From positions 758,675 through 790,674 of the forward strand of contig NZ_CP097765.1 in assembly GCF_023585785.1 (NCBI RefSeq): a stretch of 32,000 nucleotides of DNA, written 5' to 3'. Shown one piece after another: positions 22,809 through 32,000 of the stretch; the first letter of the stretch is position 1, and each line of letters begins with the position of its first letter. Source of the stretch: Blochmannia endosymbiont of Camponotus modoc (GTDB taxonomy: Bacteria; Pseudomonadota; Gammaproteobacteria; Enterobacterales; Enterobacteriaceae). Made by a program: the position numbers and the translations under genes. The notes beneath the pieces are model-generated. The model was not told the DNA's origin, did no database searches, and saw only the letters and a list, made by a program, of their open reading frames with translations.

Positions 22809-23922
22809 GAAATTCATTTTCGTCAATATTAGGATCTATTTGACCTACTAGATAAGAACTGGCTTCTACTTCTTGTGGTGCCACTTGAACATTATCTGAT
22901 GACAACCAAGAATTAATCCAGGGTATCACATTAGATTTGGTGTTAAAGGGTGTTCCTAGCCCGATTGCTTGCATACGTATATTGGTAATATATTCAATGT
23001 ATTGACAAAGTATATCTTTATTTAAACCTATCATAGAGCCATCTTTAAATAAATAGTTAGCCCAATTTTTTTCTTGTTCTGCAGCCATTAAAAATAGCGC
23101 ATAACTTTCTTTTTGGCATTCTGTACTGATATCGGCCATTTCTGGATCATCTGACCCAGAGCGCATTAAGTTTAAAATATGTTGAGTAGCGTTTAAATGC
23201 AAAGCTTCGTCACGTGCTATAAGTCGTATAATTTTTGCATTACCTTCCATGAGTTTTCGTTCAGCAAATGCAAAAGAACAGGCGAAGCTGACATAAAAAC
23301 GAATAGCTTCTAGCACGTTAACGCTAATTAAACATAAATATAATTTCTTTTTAAGTTCATGTAAGTTTACTGCGACAGTGTTATTATTGATTCGATGAAT
23401 ACCGGGGCCTAAGATATGATAATAACTGGTTAATTCAATTAAATTATCATAGTATGTCGAAATATCTTTAGCACGTTTTAGAATTTCTTTGTTGCTGATA
23501 ATATCATCAAATATCAAAGATGGATGATTAACAATATTACGAATAATATGGGTGTAGGAACGGGAGTGGATGGTTTCGAAAAATGACCAAGTTTCTACCC
23601 AAATTTCCAGTTCTGGTATAGAAATTAATGGTAGTAATGCAATATTAGGACTGCGTCCTTGAATAGAATCCAATAAAGTTTGGTATTTTAAATTGCTAAT
23701 AAAAATGTGTTTTTCATGATCTGGTAATGATTGAAAATCTATACGATCTTTAGAAATATCTATTTCTTCTGGACGCCAAAAGAACGAAAGTTGTTTTTCA
23801 ATTAATTTTTCAAAAATGGAATGTTTTTGTTGATCAAATCGAGCGATATTTACTGGTTGTCCTAAAAACATTGGTTCGAGCAGTTGATTATTTTTATTTT
23901 GAGAAAAAGTTGTATAAATCAT
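22792..23922 (-). CDS. nrdB: Class Ia ribonucleotide reductase beta subunit
   Basis: The ORF is 376 aa, the same length as E. coli NrdB, and is colinear from IYTTFSQ to the C-terminal FQL. It has the radical Tyr context [13 protein letters not shown] and the iron ligands in RDEALH. Confidence 0.97.
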   Translation of the reverse strand: MIYTTFSQNKNNQLLEPMFLGQPVNIARFDQQKHSIFEKLIEKQLSFFWRPEEIDISKDRIDFQSLPDHEKHIFISNLKYQTLLDSIQGRSPNIALLPLISIPELEIWVETWSFFETIHSRSYTHIIRNIVNHPSLIFDDIISNKEILKRAKDISTYYDNLIELTSYYHILGPGIHRINNNTVAVNLHELKKKLYLCLISVNVLEAIRFYVSFACSFAFAERKLMEGNAKIIRLIARDEALHLNATQHILNLMRSGSDDPEMADISTECQKESYALFLMAAEQEKNWANYLFKDGSMIGLNKDILCQYIEYITNIRMQAIGLGTPFNTKSNVIPWINSWLSSDNVQVAPQEVEASSYLVGQIDPNIDENEFHDFQL

Positions 23923-23985
23923 TGTTATTCCTTTTTTAAAAGTAAATATAAATATGTGGGGTTTTAGTAAATAGTAGTTGCTTTT

Positions 23986-26268
23986 CTAAATTGTACAAGC
24001 ATCACTTGTACAAATATTTGATTGGTTATGTGGTAGTGTTTTTTGTACATCTTGAGCTCCATCACGGGTGTTATGATAGTATAATGTTTTAATACCAAGT
24101 CTGTATGCGTATAATAAATCTGAAAGTAGCTGTTTCATAGGCACTTTGTGTTCTGGAAATCGAGAGGGATCGTAATTAGTATTAGTTGAAATAGATTGGT
24201 CAATGAATTTTTGCATAATTCCTACTAATTGTAGATATCCCCGATTATCCGGTATTTGCCATAATAATTCATAATCAGATTTTAGTTTAATAAATTCAGG
24301 TACCACTTGACGCAAAATTCCGTCTTTTGAAGCTTTTATGCTAATGTAACCTCTGGGAGGTTCTATGCCATTGGTAGCATTAGAAATTTGTGACGAAGTT
24401 TCTGATGGCATTAATGCAGATAATGTAGAATTTCGTAATCCATATTTTTTAATCTTAACACGTAAATCTTCCCAGTTATAATGTAATGGTTCATTAATAA
24501 ATGAATTCAGTTCTGTTTTATATGTATCAATAGGTAGGATTCCTTTTGAATATGAAGTATCGTCAAACCACTCGCAAGATCCTTTTTCTTGAGCCAAATT
24601 GTTAGATGCTCTTAATAAATAGTATTGAATAGCTTCGAAAGTACGATGCGTTAGTTTATTAGCACTACCATCTGAATAACGTACCCCATGTTTAGCAAGA
24701 TAATAAGCATAATTAATTACTCCAATTCCTAAAGAACGTCTTCTTACAGCACTACGTTGCGCAGCAGGAATAGGATAATGTTGATAATCTAATAAAGCGT
24801 CAAGAGCTCGTACTATTAAAGTAGAAAGTTCAGATAAGTCATCAAGATTTTCAATGTTACCAAGATTAAAAGCAGATAATGTACATAAAGCAATTTCACC
24901 ATTATGGTCATTAATGTTATTTAAAGGTTTGGTTGGTAAAGTGATTTCCAAGCATAAATTGGATTGACGAACTGGAGCGGCAATACTATCAAAAGCACTA
25001 TGAGTATTACAGTGATCTGTATGTTGAATATAGATTCTTCCAGTAGAAGCTCGCTCTTGCATCATTAAAGAAAACAATTCTATTGCTTTAATTTTTCGAT
25101 GTCTAATATTACGATCATTTTCATATGTGTTATATAAGTGTTCGAATTCATTTTGATTATTAAAAAAAGCTTCATATAATCCTGGCACATCAGATGGGCT
25201 AAATAGTGTAATATATTTTCCTTCAATAAGACGTTGGTACATTAATTTATTAATTTGTACGCCATAATCTAAATGACGTATTCGGTTGGAATCGATTCCG
25301 CGATTATTTTTTAAAACAAGTAAATTTTCTATTTCTAAATGCCAAATAGGATAAAATAGTGTGGCCGCTCCTCCACGTACGCCTCCCTGAGAGCATGATT
25401 TTACTGCTGTTTGAAAATGTTTATAGAATGGGATACATCCGGTGTGGAATGCTTCTCCGTTACGTATTGGGCTGCCTAATGCTCTAATGCGTCCAGCGTT
25501 AATGCCTATTCCAGCACGTTGCGCAACATATTTTACAATAGAACTGGATGTTGCATTGATAGAATCAAGACTATCATCACATTCGATTAATACACAAGAA
25601 CTAAATTGGCGTGTTGGTGTGCGTACTCCAGACATAATAGGTGTTGCTAAAGAAATTTTAAAAGTTGATATCGCATTGTAAAATTGTTGAATGTAATGCA
25701 TCCGAGTTTTTTTAGGATATTTAGAAAATAAACAGGCTGCAGTTAGTATATATAAAAACTGAGCACTTTCATAAATTTCTCCGGTTACTCTATTTTGTAC
25801 TAAGTATTTACCTTCTAATTGTTTGACAGCAGCATATGAAAAATTCATGTCCCGCCAATGATCAACAAATGTATCCATTTGGTTAAACTCTTCCGCATTG
25901 TAATCATCTAGCAAATGTTGATCGTATTTACCAATTTTTGTTAATCGTAACACATGATTATATAGTTTTGGTGGTTCAAATTGACCGTAAGCTTTTTTAC
26001 GTAAATGAAATACCGCTAAACGTGCTGCTAAATATTGATAGTCTGGTTCTTCTTCAGAAATCAAGTCTGCTGCTGCTTTTATGATTGTTTCTTGAATATC
26101 GGAAGTTTTTATTCCATTATAAAATTGTATGTGGGAACGCAATTCTACTTGTGAAACAGAGACTTGCTCTAAGCCTTTGGCGGCCCAATTAATAACTCGG
26201 TGAATTTTGTCAAGATTAATAGGTTCGTGATGACCGTTTCGTTTAGTAACTAGTAGAGTTTGGTTCAT
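23986..26268 (-). CDS. nrdA: Class Ia ribonucleotide reductase alpha subunit
   Basis: The 760-aa ORF is colinear with E. coli NrdA (761 aa), starting MNQTLLVTKR. It has the active site RQSNLCLEI and a C-terminal redox Cys pair (CTSDACTI vs E. coli CESGACKI). Confidence 0.97.
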   Translation of the reverse strand: MNQTLLVTKRNGHHEPINLDKIHRVINWAAKGLEQVSVSQVELRSHIQFYNGIKTSDIQETIIKAAADLISEEEPDYQYLAARLAVFHLRKKAYGQFEPPKLYNHVLRLTKIGKYDQHLLDDYNAEEFNQMDTFVDHWRDMNFSYAAVKQLEGKYLVQNRVTGEIYESAQFLYILTAACLFSKYPKKTRMHYIQQFYNAISTFKISLATPIMSGVRTPTRQFSSCVLIECDDSLDSINATSSSIVKYVAQRAGIGINAGRIRALGSPIRNGEAFHTGCIPFYKHFQTAVKSCSQGGVRGGAATLFYPIWHLEIENLLVLKNNRGIDSNRIRHLDYGVQINKLMYQRLIEGKYITLFSPSDVPGLYEAFFNNQNEFEHLYNTYENDRNIRHRKIKAIELFSLMMQERASTGRIYIQHTDHCNTHSAFDSIAAPVRQSNLCLEITLPTKPLNNINDHNGEIALCTLSAFNLGNIENLDDLSELSTLIVRALDALLDYQHYPIPAAQRSAVRRRSLGIGVINYAYYLAKHGVRYSDGSANKLTHRTFEAIQYYLLRASNNLAQEKGSCEWFDDTSYSKGILPIDTYKTELNSFINEPLHYNWEDLRVKIKKYGLRNSTLSALMPSETSSQISNATNGIEPPRGYISIKASKDGILRQVVPEFIKLKSDYELLWQIPDNRGYLQLVGIMQKFIDQSISTNTNYDPSRFPEHKVPMKQLLSDLLYAYRLGIKTLYYHNTRDGAQDVQKTLPHNQSNICTSDACTI

Positions 26269-26603
26269 ATAAATGTATACCCTTTGTGTAATATTAATAA
26301 TATTAGGCCACAGTAATTTGTGATGAATAAATTATGGCTCAGACTCGTGATAATTTGATGAATTAATAATGACATCATAATTTTTATGTATAAAATAGTA
26401 ATTAATTAAATAGTAATACAGGTGGAAAAAATTGCATGGTTCTTATTTGGCATAAATATTCTAAGTGTCTATACATAGTAATCATGCCGTACCGTCTTAT
26501 TATTTTAATATAATTGAACAATTGGATTATGTCTTTAATATTATATTGATCATATTAAAAAAAATTATTCTTATAATAGTAAATGTTTATTATTTATTAA
26601 TTT

Positions 26604-26634
26604 GTAATCACTCTATATTATATAGAGTGATTAC
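26604..26634. terminator. Perfect 14-bp stem with a 3-nt loop spanning the ubiG stop codon; the T-tract is on the + strand only
   Basis: I checked base by base that 26604-26617 (GTAATCACTCTATA) pairs perfectly with 26621-26634 (TATAGAGTGATTAC), with 4 G:C pairs. The loop at 26618-26620 is the ubiG TAA stop on the minus strand. On the + strand the stem is followed by TTTTTA (26635-26640). On the - strand it is followed by A-rich sequence. Confidence 0.4.
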
Positions 26635-27367
26635 TTTTTAGTTTAGCATGTAAGATATAGTTTGTATTGAGGTTATGTATTAAGGCGCATTTATGCGTGC
26701 AGGGATTATAGCATAATCCGGTGATGTTTTGTTCTTCTAAAATGGTAGAGTCAATCCATTCTAGTAATTCAGATGGGGTAATAAATTTATTAAAATTATG
26801 AGTGCCTTTTGGAATAATGCGAAAAATATATTCAGCGCCTATTATAACGAGCAGCCATGATTTAAATGTACGATTTAATGTGGAAAAAAATACTGATCCA
26901 TCTATCTTAATCATGGTAGAGCAAGCATGAACAATTGATGAGGGACACGGTACATGCTCTAAAACTTCCATACAGGTTACTACATCGTAGTGATTAGCAT
27001 GTTTTAAGGCATGGTTTTCTATTGTTTCTTGTATGTAATGAATATTTAAACCTTGATGTAAGGCATGTGATTTTGCAACTTCTAAAGCGGAAGCATTGAT
27101 ATCTAACCCAACGACTTTTGCGCCTGCTTGCGCCATACTTTCTGACAAAATACCCCCACCGCAGCCAATATCTAATATTTTTTTTCCAAATAGTCCATTA
27201 CTGTGCTCAATAATATAATTAAAGCGTGTCGAATTAATGTGATGCAATGGTTTAAATGTATTAAAAGGACCCCACCATTGTGATGTGGATGTTTTGAATT
27301 TATCGATTTCTTTTTTATTCATATTCTTTTGATTTTCTGTAAGTTCATCAATAATTGTGTCTTTCAT
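26618..27367 (-). CDS. ubiG: Bifunctional 3-demethylubiquinone / 2-polyprenyl-6-hydroxyphenol O-methyltransferase
   Basis: The 249-aa ORF is colinear with E. coli UbiG (240 aa). It has the SAM motif LDIGCGGGILSESMA, plus YDVVTCMEVLEHVP, FFSTLNR and GAEYIFRIIPKGTH. An alternative start is the internal Met16 (27322). Confidence 0.93.
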   Translation of the reverse strand: MKDTIIDELTENQKNMNKKEIDKFKTSTSQWWGPFNTFKPLHHINSTRFNYIIEHSNGLFGKKILDIGCGGGILSESMAQAGAKVVGLDINASALEVAKSHALHQGLNIHYIQETIENHALKHANHYDVVTCMEVLEHVPCPSSIVHACSTMIKIDGSVFFSTLNRTFKSWLLVIIGAEYIFRIIPKGTHNFNKFITPSELLEWIDSTILEEQNITGLCYNPCTHKCALIHNLNTNYILHAKLKSNHSI

Positions 27368-27613
27368 GTTAAGATCTTCTTAAAATAAGAAAATAGGAAT
27401 GCTATAGATTTGAATGTTAGTATGTAGATTATTTACAACTATTAGTTCATTGAAATATGGTTATGAACTGATTTATATATAACATGATAAATGTATTTAT
27501 CTTTGTAGAGTAATTTAAATATTACTAAAACAGTTTATATTATAGTTTAATAGATTATTTAAACAATTTTTTAATATATATATGAATTCAAAATAAATAG
27601 AGGATATAAATGC

Positions 27614-30151
27614 ATGAATGATTTTGCTAAAGAAATCACACAAATTAACATAGAAGAAGAATTAACGCATTCTTATTTAGATTATGCTATGTCAGTGATC
27701 GTTGGGCGTGCATTGCCAGATGTTCGAGATGGATTAAAACCTGTGCATCGTCGTATATTATTTGCCATGCAAGTACTTGGGAATTGTTGGAATAGAAATT
27801 ATAAAAAATCAGCTAGAGTAGTAGGCGATGTTATTGGAAAATATCATCCTCATGGGGATACCGCAGTATATGAAACTATAGTGCGCATGGCACAACCTTT
27901 TTTAATGCGCTATGCTTTAGTAGATGGACAGGGTAATTTTGGTTCAGTAGATGGTGATCCAGCGGCGGCTATGCGTTATACTGAAGTACGTATGTCTAAA
28001 ATAGCAAATGAATTATTGTTAGATTTAGACAAAGAAACTGTTGATTATGAACTGAATTATGATGGCACTGAAAGTATTCCAGGAATACTGCCTGCTAGAA
28101 TTCCAAATCTTTTGGTTAATGGTTCTTCTGGTATTGCTGTAGGAATGGCTACTAATATCCCTCCTCACAATCTTTCTGAGGTAATTAATGGATGTTTGGC
28201 GTTTATAGATAATGAGGATATTACTATTGAAGGATTAATGAAATATATTCCAGGCCCAGATTTTCCTACTGCTGCTATTATTAATGATAGCGGTGGTCTG
28301 AAAGAAGCATATAGTACCGGACGAGGTAAAATTTATATTCGGGCCCGATCGGAAATTGAAACTGATGTTAAAAGTGGTCGTGAATCTATCGTAATATATG
28401 AAATTCCTTATCAAGTTAATAAGGCTCGATTGTTAGAAAAGATCGCGGAATTAGCAAAATTAAAACGCATTGAGGGAATATATAATTTGCGTGATGAATC
28501 TGATAAGGACGGTATGCGGATAGTTGTTGAAATTAAACGTGATGCTATTAGTGAGGTAATTTTAAATAATTTATATTCTTTAACTGCGTTACAAACTTCA
28601 TTCGGCATTAATATGGTAGCATTACATCAAGGACAACCAAAAATTATGTCATTAAAAGACATTTTATCTGCTTTTGTATGTCATCGTCGCGCAGTGGTAA
28701 TACGTCGTGTTACTTTTGAATTAAAGAAAGCTCGTAATCGCATTCATATTTTAGAGGGGTTAGCGATTGCATTATTTAATATTGATTCAGTTATTAACCT
28801 TATCCGTCAATCTAATAGTTCTGTGGAAGCTAGTTCTGTTTTAATATCTTCGTCATGGAATATAGGCAATGGCTTTGATATAAAACAAAGAACTTTTATT
28901 AACTTGATGAAATCTGAAGGGTCAGAAGTAAAGAATGTTGTTCACAATAATCAATATTATCTTACCAAGAATCAAGTACAAGCTATTTTAGATTTAAAAT
29001 TACATAAACTTACTACTTTGGAGTATGAAAAATTATTAAAAGAATATAGCAGTTTGTTAGAAAAAATAGAAAATTTAGTCTCTATCTTAAAAGATCCTAA
29101 ATGCCTTATGAAGGTAATTCGTCAAGAACTATTGATGATACAAGAAGAATATAATGATTCTCGTCGTACTGAAATTAGTAGCAATATTGAAAATATTAAT
29201 GTTGAAAATTTAATTAATCAAAAAGATGTGGTAGTAACTTTATCATATCAAGGTTATGTTAAATATCAACCATTAACAGATTATGAGGCGCAAAAACGAG
29301 GAGGAAAAGGAAAGTTAGCAACACGAATTAAGGAAGAAGATTTTATTACGCGATTACTAATAGCTAATACTCATGATACGGTTTTGTTATTTTCTAATTA
29401 TGGGCGTATATATTGGATGAAAGTCTATCGATTACCTGCAGCTAGTCGTGGATCACGAGGTAAACCAATTATTAACCTGTTGCCATTAGATGTGAATGAA
29501 CGAATTACTGCTATTTTACCAATTCAAAACTATACAACAGGACATCAAGTATTTATGGCGACTAGTAGTGGAGTTGTAAAAAAAACACCGCTTACCGAGT
29601 TTAGTCGGCCACGTAATGTTGGTATTATTGCATTGAATCTTAATGATGGGGATGAATTAATTGGAGCCGATGTAACCGATGGCAGTAATGAGGTAATGTT
29701 GTTTACTGCTTACGGAAAAGTTGTACGATTTAAAGAAACACAGGTGCGAAGTGTAGGTCGCTCGGCGATCGGCGTAAAAGGTATTCATTTATTACAAGGT
29801 GATCGCGTAGTATCTTTAATTATACCAAAAGACAAGAGTTCTATTCTTACTGTTACTCGAAATGGTTTCGGAAAGCGTACTAATCAATCAGAATATCCGA
29901 TTAAGTCTCGCGCGACTCAAGGTGTGATTTCTATTAAGGTTACTGAGCGAAATGGTAATGTAATTGGTGCTGTGCAAGTAAATCAATCTGATCAAATAGT
30001 AATGATCACTGACTCAGGCCGATTAGTACGCACTCGTGTTTCTGAAGTTAATATTATTAGACGTAATACTCAAGGAGTTATGTTAATTCGTACAGCATGT
30101 GATGAATGTGTAGTTGGGTTACAGTGTGTTGTGGAGTCAGTAGAAAATTAA
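27614..30151 (+). CDS. gyrA: DNA gyrase subunit A
   Basis: The 845-aa ORF is colinear with E. coli GyrA from residue 1. It has the catalytic Tyr122 in AAAMRYTE, the [15 protein letters not shown] and the GyrA box QKRGGKG. It ends at ...VVESVEN, without the acidic tail of the 875-aa E. coli protein. An AGAGGA Shine-Dalgarno sequence lies upstream. Confidence 0.97.
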   Translation: MNDFAKEITQINIEEELTHSYLDYAMSVIVGRALPDVRDGLKPVHRRILFAMQVLGNCWNRNYKKSARVVGDVIGKYHPHGDTAVYETIVRMAQPFLMRYALVDGQGNFGSVDGDPAAAMRYTEVRMSKIANELLLDLDKETVDYELNYDGTESIPGILPARIPNLLVNGSSGIAVGMATNIPPHNLSEVINGCLAFIDNEDITIEGLMKYIPGPDFPTAAIINDSGGLKEAYSTGRGKIYIRARSEIETDVKSGRESIVIYEIPYQVNKARLLEKIAELAKLKRIEGIYNLRDESDKDGMRIVVEIKRDAISEVILNNLYSLTALQTSFGINMVALHQGQPKIMSLKDILSAFVCHRRAVVIRRVTFELKKARNRIHILEGLAIALFNIDSVINLIRQSNSSVEASSVLISSSWNIGNGFDIKQRTFINLMKSEGSEVKNVVHNNQYYLTKNQVQAILDLKLHKLTTLEYEKLLKEYSSLLEKIENLVSILKDPKCLMKVIRQELLMIQEEYNDSRRTEISSNIENINVENLINQKDVVVTLSYQGYVKYQPLTDYEAQKRGGKGKLATRIKEEDFITRLLIANTHDTVLLFSNYGRIYWMKVYRLPAASRGSRGKPIINLLPLDVNERITAILPIQNYTTGHQVFMATSSGVVKKTPLTEFSRPRNVGIIALNLNDGDELIGADVTDGSNEVMLFTAYGKVVRFKETQVRSVGRSAIGVKGIHLLQGDRVVSLIIPKDKSSILTVTRNGFGKRTNQSEYPIKSRATQGVISIKVTERNGNVIGAVQVNQSDQIVMITDSGRLVRTRVSEVNIIRRNTQGVMLIRTACDECVVGLQCVVESVEN

Positions 30152-30839
30152 AATTGTTTTATTTAACTCAGTATCGAAGAGAATTTATCGTTATTAACTG
30201 TTGGTTTTAATAATGAAATTTTATTCAATAATATGAGATTTTTGTGTCTGTGAAATTAATATTGTATTTTCTGTTGTTTATTCATGTTTTTAATATTTAT
30301 TATGTTAATATATAGTATACAATAATTATTTCTAATATAATTATAAAAAATGATTACTATGATTTTTAAAATAGTTAATTGGAGTAGTGATTATTTAAGT
30401 TGAGGAAATGTAACAAACATGCAATATTATATTATAATACGATCATTCTATTATTGATATTTAACATTATGATCATAAGTAATATGATATTCAATGAAAG
30501 GAATTGTTAGATATATATATATTGAATGAGAAATCGTTGTGTAATTAGATAGCAAATAATATAGATAGAGAGAAACATGGGGTTTTTTATGTTTTATGCG
30601 TAGGATTTTTGTGTGTATTGTTTAAATATGAGTTGAATTTTGGAGAATTGTATTTTATATATATGCCGATATTGTTAATACAAATGTGAGCACAGTGGTC
30701 GGTTTATTATGTAATCACTCACTAATAATTAGAAATGGATTGATGCATATAAAGTGTTGATTTATTTTTGAAGAAAGTTAATGGGTGTTATTGAGTTGTT
30801 AAATAGTATTTTTTACTTACTATATGGTGAGGTATTGAT

Positions 30840-31961
30840 ATGAAATTACGGTGTTTTACTAGCCTGGTCGCAACTATGGTTATGGCAAGCACTGCCGTGG
30901 CTTCTGAAATTTACAATAAAGATGGAAATATATTAGATATGTTTGGTAGTCTTGTTGGAGGTCATTATTTTTCTAAAGATAATACTAAAAATGGGGATAA
31001 TTCGTTTGTAAGATATGGTTTTTCTGGAACAACATATATTAATGACCAAATTGTTGGTTTTGGGATGTGGGAGCATGAAATTTCCCTAAAGAATACTGAA
31101 GGAACCATCGTAAATAATAATGATAAGGTGTTACTTGGCTATGCAGGAATAAAATTTGGAAATTTAGGAAGCATTGATTATGGAAGAAATTATGGAGTAT
31201 TGTATGATGTGGGAGCATGGACAGATGTAACACCAGGATTTGGAGGAGATATATTGTTTGTAGATAATTTTTTATCTAATCGTAGTTCAAATGTGATTAC
31301 ATATCGTAATAAAAATTTTTTTGGTTTCGTGAATGGACTGGATTTTGCCTTACAATATCAAGGTAAGAATGATGTGAACAAAGCAACAGGTCGTACTTTA
31401 AAAACGGCTAACGGAGAAGGATACGGGGTGTCTGCATCTTACTCATTGGATAATGGGTTTGCTGCGTCCGTGGCTTACACTAATAATAAACGTATCACTG
31501 AACAAACTGCTTTAGATAGCAATCTTTGTTGCAATGATAATGCTGAAGCGTATTCTTTGGGCATAAAATATGATGGAAATGGTATGTATGTAGCAGCTGT
31601 TTATGGAGAGACTTATAATATGACTCCATTTGGTAGTTTCTGTGATAATCTTAATCCAGAATATATTTATGGCTTTATTAATAAAGCTAAGAATGTTGAA
31701 TTAGTGGCCCAATATCAATTTAATTTTGGTTTACGTCCTTCTGTATCTTATTTGTATTCAAAAGCTAATGATGCGGAAAATGATGGCTACAGGAATTTTT
31801 TAAAAAAATGTGTTACAGTTGGAACAAGTTATGTTTTTAATAAAAATATTTGTACTACTATGGATTATAGAATTAATTTATTACATAAGGATAGTTTTAC
31901 TAGTGCATCTCAGATTTGTACCGATAATGTTATTGCGTTGGGCGTAGCTTACGCATTTTAA
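30840..31961 (+). CDS. General diffusion porin of the OmpC/OmpF family (in the position of E. coli ompC)
   Basis: The 373-aa ORF has a signal peptide (MKLRCFTSLVATMVMASTAVA, then SEIYNKDGN). Conserved porin features are GSIDYGRNYGVLYDV, the L3 motif PGFGGD, VAQYQFNFGLRPS and a C-terminal ...YAF. A GTGAGG Shine-Dalgarno sequence lies upstream. I cannot call the paralog (C vs F) from sequence alone. Confidence 0.93.
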   Translation: MKLRCFTSLVATMVMASTAVASEIYNKDGNILDMFGSLVGGHYFSKDNTKNGDNSFVRYGFSGTTYINDQIVGFGMWEHEISLKNTEGTIVNNNDKVLLGYAGIKFGNLGSIDYGRNYGVLYDVGAWTDVTPGFGGDILFVDNFLSNRSSNVITYRNKNFFGFVNGLDFALQYQGKNDVNKATGRTLKTANGEGYGVSASYSLDNGFAASVAYTNNKRITEQTALDSNLCCNDNAEAYSLGIKYDGNGMYVAAVYGETYNMTPFGSFCDNLNPEYIYGFINKAKNVELVAQYQFNFGLRPSVSYLYSKANDAENDGYRNFLKKCVTVGTSYVFNKNICTTMDYRINLLHKDSFTSASQICTDNVIALGVAYAF

Positions 31962-32000
31962 AGATAGGTCAACATTAAATACTAAAACAGGCGAATTAAT

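Noticed and set aside
30152-30839. A possible micF sRNA gene divergent from the porin gene
   Set aside because: I could not find sequence resembling the micF 5' pairing region or its GC-rich terminator on the minus strand. With a single porin gene in view there is also no obvious target.

Overview
The window is strongly AT-rich (roughly 30% GC by eye, not computed). It is an ordinary core-genome stretch of a reduced Enterobacterales-type genome, of the insect-endosymbiont kind (Blochmannia- or Baumannia-like). I cannot assign the taxon without a database search.

Every long ORF has an obvious E. coli housekeeping ortholog:
- Plus strand: fabB, pdxB, truA, accD, folC, then the complete NADH:quinone oxidoreductase operon nuoA-B-CD-E-F-G-H-I-J-K-L-M-N.
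- Minus strand: yfaE-nrdB-nrdA and ubiG.
- Plus strand again: gyrA and an OmpC/OmpF-family porin.

From my memory of the E. coli K-12 map, this order and orientation match the K-12 fabB-to-ompC interval exactly, with most intervening genes deleted and no rearrangement.

I found no tRNA or rRNA genes, CRISPR arrays, IS or phage genes, toxin-antitoxin pairs or defence genes. I do not see a novel biological system here. All ORF-track entries other than the 25 genes listed are antisense or off-frame shadows inside conserved genes.

The points worth a second look are modest:
- long AT-rich spacers that sit exactly where single ancestral genes (usg, dedA, yfaL) would have been
- a perfect 14-bp hairpin that holds the ubiG stop codon in its loop and has a T-tract on the opposite strand
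- a GyrA that lacks the acidic C-terminal tail and has Thr83/Glu87 in the QRDR
- a porin with six cysteines in the mature chain
- tandem start codons on four consecutive nuo cistrons
- in-frame 8-9 nt homopolymers inside nuo genes
- a few perfect palindromes and short recurring motifs of uncertain significance
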